64,000 nucleotides of DNA from a virus, in IMG/VR virus record IMGVR_UViG_3300027850_000169, positions 1 through 64,000 of that record. One strand, 5' to 3'. The notes beneath the pieces were generated by a model. That model was given only the letters and a program-made list of their open reading frames with translations. It made no database searches and was not told where the DNA came from. Positions 40,225 through 48,579 of this stretch are shown here, one piece after another (the stretch's first letter is position 1; each line of letters begins with the position of its first letter). The position numbers and the translations under genes are program-made.

Positions 40225-41527
40225 TTGACATCCTCACCGACCTGAAGGCACGGTGATTCCTAAGACTCACAACTTAGGTTTCTGCTTCATAGCACCAGCC
40301 TTAACAGATTTACTCTGTTCAGGTCTTACAGTCGCTCCACAGACTGACACGGCAAGCCCTGCCGCCAAAATATTCTTTGCTGCATTGATATCTCGGTCAT
40401 GGTTTGTCCCACACTTAGGACACTCCCACTCTCGAATATTCAAAGGCAGCTTTTCCACAACGTGACCACAATGCCCACACATCTTAGAACTAGGAAACCA
40501 TCGGTCAATCTTGACAAAAGTACGACCATACCAGCCGCACTTGTATTGGAGTTGCCTGACCAGTTCCCCCCAGCTAGCATCACTGATAGCAAGGGCAAGT
40601 TTGTGGTTCTTGACCATATTCTTCACAACCAAATCCTCAACGGCGATGGTTTGGTTTTCACGCACCAGTCGAGTTGTCAGTTTGTGAAGAAAATCCTTTC
40701 TAGAGTCGCTAATTTCTTGGTGAACTCTAGCAACTTTAAGTCTAGCTTTGTGTCGATTGTTGCTACCTTTGACCTTGCGGGACAAACGCTTCTGGGCTTT
40801 CTTGAGCTTGCGACGTTTAGTTTTGAAGCATTTAGGGTTTGCAACTTTCTCGCCATTGCTCAGGGTAATCAAGCTAGTGATACCCAAATCCAAACCAATC
40901 TGATTAGTAGATTCTTGCCATGTTTCAATTTCAGTGTCAACCAACAAAGAAACAGTCCATCTTCCAGAGGGTGCAAGTTTTACTGTAATAGTAGATGGCT
41001 CAGTATCAGGTGGAATCTCCCGACTCCATCTGATATCCAACGGCTCAATACACTTTGCTAAGTAAACTTGTCCATCTTTCCACTTGAAAGCGGACTTGGT
41101 AAATTCTGCATTGCCACCATTATGCTTTTTCTTGAAGTTAGGGTATTTTGCCCGACCCGCAAAGAAGTTAGTAAAGGCGGATTGCAGATGCCTCAAGCCC
41201 TGCTGTACTGGCACACAGCTAACTTCGTTGAGAAATTGCAAGTCTTCTTGCTTTTTCCACTCGGTCAACATCGCAGAAGTTTCAGTGTATCCGACTCGCT
41301 CTTGCCTTTCATACCAAGCCTCCGTTCTAAGAGCAAGGGCTTTGTTGTAGACTAAACGAGCGCAACCCATCGTTCTTCTCAGCAAGTTTTCTTGCTCAGG
41401 AGTTGGATAGAATCGGTACTTGAATGCTTTCTGTGTCATACTTCACAGTATAGCATCTATTTCGTGAAAGTGTAAACTTTAATATAAAGCCGTCCTAGAA
41501 GGACGGGGTTTCAGACCTATTTTTGTA
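40225..41527 (-). mobile_element. tnpB-only IS200/IS605 (IS1341-type) element
   Basis: Target TCAT; LE guide GAAA at +16 plus ccgtcct/aggacgg hairpin; RE GAAT..hairpin..TCAA. Confidence 0.88.
40267..41439 (-). CDS. tnpB: RNA-guided endonuclease TnpB
   Basis: AFKYRFYPT HTH, GLDLG, AVEDL, CGHC/CPKC, DRDINAA. Confidence 0.97.
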   Translation of the reverse strand: MTQKAFKYRFYPTPEQENLLRRTMGCARLVYNKALALRTEAWYERQERVGYTETSAMLTEWKKQEDLQFLNEVSCVPVQQGLRHLQSAFTNFFAGRAKYPNFKKKHNGGNAEFTKSAFKWKDGQVYLAKCIEPLDIRWSREIPPDTEPSTITVKLAPSGRWTVSLLVDTEIETWQESTNQIGLDLGITSLITLSNGEKVANPKCFKTKRRKLKKAQKRLSRKVKGSNNRHKARLKVARVHQEISDSRKDFLHKLTTRLVRENQTIAVEDLVVKNMVKNHKLALAISDASWGELVRQLQYKCGWYGRTFVKIDRWFPSSKMCGHCGHVVEKLPLNIREWECPKCGTNHDRDINAAKNILAAGLAVSVCGATVRPEQSKSVKAGAMKQKPKL

Positions 41528-41898
41528 ATGAATGGGATTGTGACTCAAGATACATAGAGATTGCTGGGGTCAAGGTTCCTTATTTCCCCTTGCCGCCTCA
41601 CCTGTTTCGCTACTATTCGATGCTCGGAGCGATGGGTGCTACTCGTTATCACGAATACCCATTTGTGGTTGTCGTGACCGATGACCCACAGAAAGTTTCA
41701 TTACGTTCGCGTCCTGACGGTGCTGATGTTTCCGAAATCGCGAAAAAGTTAGGAGGCGGTGGACATAAACACGCTGCTGGATTCTCTCTTTAGGTTGAGT
41801 TCTTTCTGAAGCTTAAAATGCCCGACATCAACGCGCGAGAAGCATTTCAAACTTCAGGAATTCCCCATCATAGCCGATAATTTATCAACCAAAGTACC

Positions 41899-42543
41899 AT
41901 GAATTTGTATCAAATAAAGAAACAGTCAGCATGGCAAAAAGATTGCGAAAAAATCGCAACCTGGGCGGATTCGATTGGATTAGCTATTTTAAAAATTACA
42001 GACCGGGAAATTTCCAATATTATGAAGAAAGATATTTCCGAAATCTATAATCTTTCTTTTCTCCCGAACCTATGGATAATAAAAGGAATTGCCGTAATAA
42101 ACAATCAGACGCACCCTGGGAGCTTACTGCACGATTTAGGACATCTTGCAGTAACTCCTAGTTGGCTGCGTCCGCACCTCAGTGAAAATCTTGACTGGGA
42201 GCAATCTCCTAAACTGGTTGAACTTGTAGAAAGTAAATGTGATGCTACGGCAGGGAAGGGGCTGAAGTTGCAGAACTGGAATGCCTTAATACATGGAGAC
42301 GAGCAAGCTGCAATTGCATGGAGTTTTGTGGCGGCACAAGCCGCTGGGGTCGATAACTTCCTACCATTTGAAATAGGGTTTGACAATCCAGATAGTTCGA
42401 CAGGTGAAGAATTGCACGATAGTTTATTAATGAGTGCGGCAACTGGTAATTGTTACCATGCTGGAATAGCTTCGTTGTATCACGGTGGAATGCTCAAAAA
42501 TAAAGCTGATTTCCCCAGCCTGAGTAAGTGGATACAAGATTAA
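41899..42543 (+). CDS. Hypothetical protein with HxxxH...E metallo-motif
   Basis: LLHDLGHLA...GDEQAAIAWS. Confidence 0.6.
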   Translation: MNLYQIKKQSAWQKDCEKIATWADSIGLAILKITDREISNIMKKDISEIYNLSFLPNLWIIKGIAVINNQTHPGSLLHDLGHLAVTPSWLRPHLSENLDWEQSPKLVELVESKCDATAGKGLKLQNWNALIHGDEQAAIAWSFVAAQAAGVDNFLPFEIGFDNPDSSTGEELHDSLLMSAATGNCYHAGIASLYHGGMLKNKADFPSLSKWIQD

Positions 42544-42905
42544 TTGTACTTCAAAAACTCGCTAGCTACAGGTAGTAATTCATCAGTCAAAGCAAAACAA
42601 CTCAACATCTTCGCACTTGAAACTCTACTTTTATCGGTTCTAACATCGTAAACAAATCCACTTGTCGCCTGCGTAAATGCGCTTCTAATGTCAATCGTTC
42701 CCTGTTTCAGCCACTTCAACTTGGTCGGTGAAATAGCTGTGTAAAGCCACCTGTTGCCATCGTCTATTTCATCTACCCAAAGTCCAAGATAGTTTTGTTC
42801 GTCCTGATTTCGACAAGAGAAAAAGACGGGCTGATTATCGTATTGATTGAAAATATCTACATACTCAAGTTTACCAAGTCGAGTATTTTCGGGAAGGTAA
42901 CTCAT
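42540..42905 (-). CDS. DUF6575-like protein
   Basis: YD.QPVFFSC....YLGLWVDE, WLYTAIS. Confidence 0.6.
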   Translation of the reverse strand: MSYLPENTRLGKLEYVDIFNQYDNQPVFFSCRNQDEQNYLGLWVDEIDDGNRWLYTAISPTKLKWLKQGTIDIRSAFTQATSGFVYDVRTDKSRVSSAKMLSCFALTDELLPVASEFLKYN

Positions 42906-42907
42906 AA

Positions 42908-43171
42908 TTAATTGTACTTCAAAATCTCGTCAATAGTCTCTTGTGCCTTAATCACTGCCTCGGATTCAGTAGGATAATCTACAACGGGCAAGTCTCGTAT
43001 TCGGCAAAATCCCTTAAAACCCTGTTCAGGATTACAACGATGCCAAACATAGAAATAATGCCCAATAACTACTGGCTCAGTTGAACCCCTAGCAATTCTG
43101 TCTCGCGCCTCTTCAAAGGTCTTATTCGTTGTTATCTTGAAGCCCCTGTAATCGTGCCAAGTGTTAGTCAT
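42908..43171 (-). CDS. Hypothetical protein
   Basis: YRGFKI...EAVIKAQETID. Confidence 0.55.
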   Translation of the reverse strand: MTNTWHDYRGFKITTNKTFEEARDRIARGSTEPVVIGHYFYVWHRCNPEQGFKGFCRIRDLPVVDYPTESEAVIKAQETIDEILKYN

Positions 43172-43366
43172 AATTCAGTCCAAATTATCCACAATTGCAT
43201 CAATTATACCCTGCGCCGTATCAAAAGCAATGCCCACATTCGGATACTCCTCTGATTCGTTTTTCAATCGTCGTTTGCGTCCCTTTTCCACGGGTAACCA
43301 AAGTTGATACAGCCTCGATACTCTTGCCAAAGATTGCTCAAGCTTGTTTCCTCTTATTCGAGGTTA

Positions 43367-43939
43367 TCAATTGCCCGAAGGTAGATTATTCTGAGCATTT
43401 CTTGTTGCCATCTCGCGAACTATGTCAGTAGCGCGTCGGTATCCGGTACGCTGCTTAATCTTTTCGCTAGGTACTTGAACACCCATCATTTCTGCCTTTT
43501 CCCAATCCCGTGACCGCATATAAGCCAATTCCTGCTCTGTGGGCATGGTGACGGGAAGTTCGGTTAGAGTTAAAACGGATTGCTGAGCGACAGACTGCTT
43601 TGCTATTTTCTCGCACTCAAGAAAATACTTTCGGATTAGCTTACCTTGTTCTGTTTTGGCTATCATCCCAAACTCTCTTAAGCAGGTAGCCGTTAAGCAG
43701 TAAAAATGGCTAGAACGTCCAACAGGAGCCTTTTTAACCTGTTGGTTAATTTCATTCTGGCTGTTAGGGTCGCTTATCTTAAAGATGTAATCCACGCCCT
43801 CTTGAAAGTAAGATTCCAGTGTACTTAACGCCTTTTGCTTGGTTGAGTAACCGAGCCAAACCCACGCCTGATCCAAACCTACCGGAAACTCTTCAGCAGA
43901 TTCTAGGAATGACTTTGCCAATTCAATGTTAAAATCCAT
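43367..43939 (-). CDS. AntA/AntB-like antirepressor
   Basis: WVWLGYS.K, FQEGVDY, GR, EQGKLIRKYFLECEK. Confidence 0.8.
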   Translation of the reverse strand: MDFNIELAKSFLESAEEFPVGLDQAWVWLGYSTKQKALSTLESYFQEGVDYIFKISDPNSQNEINQQVKKAPVGRSSHFYCLTATCLREFGMIAKTEQGKLIRKYFLECEKIAKQSVAQQSVLTLTELPVTMPTEQELAYMRSRDWEKAEMMGVQVPSEKIKQRTGYRRATDIVREMATRNAQNNLPSGN

Positions 43940-44082
43940 GAGTGACCTCTGTTTTAGGCTACAGTCTCTGGAGTTTCGGTGCTATAACACCAGCTCGCGA
44001 GGGACATTTTAATTATACCATATTAGACAGCGCTCAAACTACCTATCCTGTTGCTGGCAGTAACTTGAGCGCGAGTCTGTCG

Positions 44083-44853
44083 CTACCAGTCTACGACTTG
44101 CTCTTTTTCTACCGTTGGAGAATTCGCGGAACATTTCCCCGAACTAGAATTTACTTCGTAGTCGAATTCATCTTTTAGGATTATTTTCCGGTCTAAGACT
44201 CTCAACTTGTATTCTGCCGCCAGAGTTTGAGCGTTCTTCTCAATCCACAGGGAAACCAAGATTGGTTGTGTTGGCATTCTAGAAGCTGCTTCCAAGCAAA
44301 AATTTTCAAAAGTCTCTCTCTCTCGTTCTGAAGAGAGAGATGAAAGAAAAGTTGAAAGGAAATTTGAAGAAAAAGATGAAGAAGAATATGAAGAGTTCTC
44401 CAAACCCTTGCCCTGATTAGCTTCTGTTTTTTCTCCTGTCACGATGAAAGACGTGCTGTCTACAATCGTGGACTGGTCGTCTTGAATCGTGGATTCGGTG
44501 TCTACAATCGTGGACTGGTCGTCTTGAATCGTGGATTCGGTGTCTACAATCGTGGACTGGTCGTCTTCATCTGTAGACAAACTGGAATTGAGACTAATGG
44601 AGAACTTTGTATTGGCGGGTGTTGACCAATTTATACTTCCTTCTGCTTTTAACTTGCTTAACGCTGAGTAGAAGGCAGCTCTACTAATCCCTAGCTTATC
44701 GGTAATCTCTTTTTGTGTTTCTTTGAGTACCCAGCCTTGCTTGAGTCGAATTTTCAGATAGAAGAGTAGAAGTCCTTTTGCCGTTAAATCGCCCTTTTGG
44801 TAGTGAGCGATTGCGCTAGTCAAAGTCACTTCGTAATGTTGTTGTCCTTTCAT
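44083..44853 (-). CDS. HTH protein with internal iteron-like repeats (putative replication initiator)
   Basis: EITDKLGISRAAFYSALSKL followed by a repeated DDQSTIVDTESTIQ linker. Confidence 0.6.
   Translation of the reverse strand: MKGQQHYEVTLTSAIAHYQKGDLTAKGLLLFYLKIRLKQGWVLKETQKEITDKLGISRAAFYSALSKLKAEGSINWSTPANTKFSISLNSSLSTDEDDQSTIVDTESTIQDDQSTIVDTESTIQDDQSTIVDSTSFIVTGEKTEANQGKGLENSSYSSSSFSSNFLSTFLSSLSSERERETFENFCLEAASRMPTQPILVSLWIEKNAQTLAAEYKLRVLDRKIILKDEFDYEVNSSSGKCSANSPTVEKEQVVDW
44459..44566. repeat. About 2.6 x 42-nt tandem repeat (21-nt sub-period)
   Basis: tctacaatcgtggactggtcgtcttgaatcgtggattcggtg; five aatcgtgga cores. Confidence 0.9.
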
Positions 44854-44916
44854 GGTTTTAAACCTTTATAAAGTTTGTAATGTTCAGAAACGGTGAGTAT
44901 TTCAACGACAAAGTAT

Positions 44917-45083
44917 TTGACAACAACAAAGTTATCTGTTAAGATGAACTTTGTTGTGTTATATCACAGTTGACCCAACCCGCTTGACAGCAGTTAAGGT
45001 TCTTGATTGACTCACACACTAGAAATAGTCAAAACAGCAATTAAACTCAAAAAGCAATTCGTTTGGTCGCGGGTTGCTTTTTG
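44917..45083 (+). ncRNA. Candidate antisense RNA over the leader of the HTH/rep gene, promoter to terminator
   Basis: TTGACA-17-TAAGAT with TG extension; aaaaagcaa/ttgcttttt terminator; opposing TGaTATACT promoter at 45149-45157. Confidence 0.45.
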
Positions 45084-45159
45084 TATGTGAGCAGTCTCAA
45101 AGCGCTAGCTACGGGCAAAGACACGGTTCAACTGCTCAACACAAATTAAGTATATCACG

Positions 45160-45211
45160 ACTGAATCCCTGACTCAAGACATCGTGCAATGTCTTGAGTC
45201 AGGGATTCAGT
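45160..45211. repeat. Perfect 23-bp inverted repeat with 6-nt loop
   Basis: actgaatccctgactcaagacat-cgtgca-atgtcttgagtcagggattcagt. Confidence 0.95.
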
Positions 45212-45243
45212 ATATAGCTTGCTTAAGCTAGACAATACACCAA

Positions 45244-45465
45244 CTACTTTATGTTATTCTTGGCGGCATATTGTTTCAATGTTTTGGCGCTAGCGTTTAG
45301 CACCAACCACTGTAACTCAGCCGCTTGTTCGTAGCTCATTAGTTCAGGATTCTTGCTTGCTGTCTCTGAAGGCTCTGTCGCTTTGCTTGCGTCAGAGATG
45401 CCAGCTCTAAAAGGAAAGCTTTTTGCTTTGGCTGGGTCTGGTTGTGATTGATTGGAGTTATTCAT
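45244..45465 (-). CDS. Hypothetical protein
   Basis: 73-aa ORF with an upstream -10-like element. Confidence 0.45.
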   Translation of the reverse strand: MNNSNQSQPDPAKAKSFPFRAGISDASKATEPSETASKNPELMSYEQAAELQWLVLNASAKTLKQYAAKNNIK

Positions 45466-45676
45466 TGTTTGATTGTTTACACTATCAATAATTTTATCAC
45501 GATTGGGTCAGTTTGGAAATAGTTTGCACAAGACTCTTGACTTAGGTTAATCGTATTGCTAAGATTATTTAATAGTGCCGATGTCAACAACAATGCGCCA
45601 GTAGCGTTAGATTACTGGATAGCACAAAACCGCAGATTCAAAGACATTAACTTCTAGTGAAGGTCAATTTAAATCT

Positions 45677-46021
45677 ATGTTATCTGAAATGTTTCGGTTA
45701 TTACCAACAGTTATACTTGCGGCTGTGAATAACGCTGCAATTGAAAACCTCAAGAGAAGAGGTCGCCTGTCTCTTTGTAACGCAACAAACGAAGTTTCTG
45801 TGTCTCAATACAAACTGTGTACTATTAAGGTTAATGCAATGAGAAACGAATACTACACGTGTAGTTACTCAATATATTTCGGTGACATCTTGTTATCTGA
45901 GGGTGATTACTGTTTTAATACGGAAGAGTCAAGAATCGAGGCGCGGGGATGGATTGACAACCAAGAAGCCTTGGTTGACGGTAAATTGGAGAGGTTGAAA
46001 CACAAGTTAAATTTAAAGTAA
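45677..46021 (+). CDS. Hypothetical protein
   Basis: Shares SIY...EA..WID with 30070-30396. Confidence 0.55.
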   Translation: MLSEMFRLLPTVILAAVNNAAIENLKRRGRLSLCNATNEVSVSQYKLCTIKVNAMRNEYYTCSYSIYFGDILLSEGDYCFNTEESRIEARGWIDNQEALVDGKLERLKHKLNLK

Positions 46022-46248
46022 AACGTAGAACTCTATTTTTACTTTTAATAGCTTTCGGAGGCGAAAGCTATTAAAAGACTAAACAAAACTGTTGAGCAGT
46101 CGGGACGTTTCTACGATTTCTTGTCGATTAAAAGGTGTTGAATTGATTCGGACAAAAGAGGCTGAACTCATTACACCCGGCGGGTTACAACGTGTTGCAC
46201 TAATTTCAGAAGACATTATCACAGACTCTATAAAGCGAAAGCTATTCA

Positions 46249-46686
46249 ATGGTTAAGCAAGCTACCAACAACTTTAAAACAAAAATAGGAAAAATTATGA
46301 CTGTTACAAATGAGAGAAAAGAAGTTTTGTTTAAATATCTAGTAGAAGGTATTGATGCGGCTAATATTGTCCATAACCCTGTGAAGATAGTTACTCCTCA
46401 ACAATTACATAACAACGTACTACTAAAACGTTATTATGAGAGGGGGACAAGTGAACTACTTTATTCTGATGATATCCATTTTCGTTCGATAGCTTGTAAA
46501 AAAAAGAAGAAAACAGAAACAGACGAAAAATTGTTTGCTAAAATTGTATCTGCTTATATCAAATGTCTAAAAGATGCTATACCTACTGGAGTAGAATTAT
46601 ACTTAGTAAAAGAAGTACAATATCTTATGATACTTTCCCCTGATAGCAAGTTCTATCTATCAACTATCTTAGTGGCTCTTGATTAA
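46249..46686 (+). CDS. Hypothetical protein
   Basis: AT-rich ORF; likely start ATG 46297. Confidence 0.5.
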   Translation: MVKQATNNFKTKIGKIMTVTNERKEVLFKYLVEGIDAANIVHNPVKIVTPQQLHNNVLLKRYYERGTSELLYSDDIHFRSIACKKKKKTETDEKLFAKIVSAYIKCLKDAIPTGVELYLVKEVQYLMILSPDSKFYLSTILVALD

Positions 46687-46718
46687 TTAAAAGTAAAAAT
46701 TTGTAATTGAGATTGTTT

Positions 46719-47057
46719 ATGACTAATCTAACAGAGTTTGACTTTAACACTCAACAAGTTCGAGTAATTACTATTGAAGGACTGCCTTGGTTTGTGGCTA
46801 ATGACGTTTGCGTCATTTTAGGTCTTGAAAATGTTGGTCAAGCATTGAGCCGCTTAGATGAAGACAAGAAAAGTATTGCTTCTGTATACACCCTTGAAGG
46901 TAATCAAGATATGTCGGTAATTTCAGAGTCTGGAATGCTTGCCCTAGTTTCCTCAAATGGCAAACCAGATGCTAAAGAGTTCCGTAGATGGGCGGTAGAT
47001 GTAGTCTTTCCGGTTGTATTCAGAACTGACAGTTATTCCCTTGAGTGGCTTGAGTGA
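46719..47057 (+). CDS. BRO-N domain protein
   Basis: VRVITIEGLPWFVANDVC.ILGL, ISESG, KPDAKEFRRW. Confidence 0.9.
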   Translation: MTNLTEFDFNTQQVRVITIEGLPWFVANDVCVILGLENVGQALSRLDEDKKSIASVYTLEGNQDMSVISESGMLALVSSNGKPDAKEFRRWAVDVVFPVVFRTDSYSLEWLE

Positions 47058-47090
47058 ATGCAATTAATACGCTCAAATCTTACCTACTAA

Positions 47091-47119
47091 GAACCCGGCA
47101 GTCACACCGGGTTTTTTTT
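47091..47119 (+). terminator. Intrinsic terminator
   Basis: aacccgg/ccgggtt hairpin plus T8. Confidence 0.8.
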
Positions 47120-47124
47120 AATAC

Positions 47125-47258
47125 TTGACGCATTCTAATTAACCTGCTATAATTAAATCAATCGATACATTTACAGCAATTGCGGTGAGTAGCGGTTTTA
47201 GTGTGTTGTTTTCATGTGAAGTGGTTTTTATCCCAAGCCTGCGAAAGCGGGTTTTTTT
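47125..47258 (+). ncRNA. Candidate ~100-nt small RNA upstream of the CRISPR leader, promoter to terminator
   Basis: TTGACG-17-TATAAT with TG extension; terminator cctgc-GAAA-gcggg-T7; no ORF inside. Confidence 0.6.
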
Positions 47259-47272
47259 ATCAGAAAATTGGG

Positions 47273-47428
47273 TTGACAGGATTCGTATCTTCGATTAGAA
47301 TAGACTTAACCGAACCACGAAAACTAAATAATATTCAATCTTTCCATAACACTTTTGCAATTGCGGGAGTCGATTTGCCGCAACCCAGCCTTGAAAACTA
47401 GACGCACCAACGATTTCACACGTCGGCG
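47273..47428 (+). promoter_or_regulatory. CRISPR promoter and leader
   Basis: TTGACA-17-TAGAAT; two GAAAACTA leader motifs (aaccacgaaaacta, agccttgaaaacta). Confidence 0.75.
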
Positions 47429-48571
47429 GTCGCAATCAACGCCACTCCCTACTAGGGATTGAAACTTGTAGCGTTGCTGGGTAACAGCCATCTGGTAAGG
47501 TCGCAATCAACGCCACTCCCTACTAGGGATTGAAACTCGCTCAAGCCCTCAATTTTCCCAGCCGTTCCTCGTCACAATCAACGCCACTCCCTACTAGGGA
47601 TTGAAACTACGATTTAGCTTTCACGGCTGGCAACAATTTGTGTCACAATCAACGCCACTCCCTACTAGGGATTGAAACCTCGGATTTAAAGCAATTAATT
47701 CCTGTATCAATGGTCACAATCAACGCCACTCCCTACTAGGGATTGAAACCTCAAACATCGTTTTCATGACCAACAGCAATTTGTGTCGCAATCAAGCTCC
47801 ACTCCCTACTAGGGATTGAAACGCCGATTTTGTATTCAATTCTGTCGTTAAATTGAGTCGCAATCAAGCTCCACTCCCTACTAGGGATTGAAACTCTTGC
47901 CAAACAGCAGATTCTCAAACTGCATCCCGGTCGCAATCAAGCTCCACTCCCTACTAGGGATTGAAACGCCCGATTCAGCAACTGCTGGCGCTTCTCCCTC
48001 GTCACAATCAAGCTCCACTCCCTACTAGGGATTGAAACCGCTGGGATGAAAGCGCTAGCCCCCTACTAGGGATTGAAACACAATCGAGCTAAGCCCCTAC
48101 TAGGGATTGAAACCATGAGTGCAGAATAATCACAACCGACCGCTACTGCCGCAATCAAGCTAAACCTCTACTAGAGATTGAAACTGAGAAATTAAAAATG
48201 GCACAAAATACAACAATATCGCAATCAAACCAAACCCCTACTAGGGATTGAAACGCAATAAACCTAAACCCCTACTAGGGATTGAAACTTGCTCCTGTAG
48301 TCGGTGGCGGTGGAAGAAAGGCAGTCGCAATTGAGCTAAGCCCCTACTAGGGATTGAAACCTGATGTCAACTGTTCTTCACTAGCAGATACCGAGTCGCA
48401 ATTGAGCTAAGCCCCTACTAGGGATTGAAACGCAATCAAAGTAAACCCTACTAGGGATTGAAACAAACGAGAGTGCGACTTTAAGATTTACCACAATCTT
48501 GTCATAATCAAAGCAAACCCCTACTAGGGATTGAAGCGCAATAAACTCCACTCCCTACTAGGAATTAAAAC
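47429..48571 (+). CRISPR. CRISPR array: 19 repeat units, 13 full spacers (33-36 nt), 1 short spacer, 4 spacer-less junctions
   Basis: Repeat GTCRCAATCAACGCCACTCCCTACTAGGGATTGAAAC (37-38 nt) that degenerates away from the leader. Confidence 0.97.
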
Positions 48572-48579
48572 GAAAGATT

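Larger units (their letters stand above)
40071..41793 (+). pseudogene. DHH/DHHA1-family phosphoesterase interrupted by an IS and lacking its central part
   Basis: N-terminal YH...DCPDG; C-terminal SLRS..DVSEIAK.LGGGGH..AAG; halves join in frame when the IS is removed. Confidence 0.75.

Noticed and set aside
40399-41355. Plus-strand ORFs inside the IS
   Set aside because: Antisense shadows of tnpB; no HUH or serine transposase motifs
47201-47936. Short ORFs over the leader and array
   Set aside because: Translations of repeats and regulatory DNA
47466-48500. Self-targeting by full-length spacers
   Set aside because: Only 9-11-nt chance matches found by eye; needs a computed search
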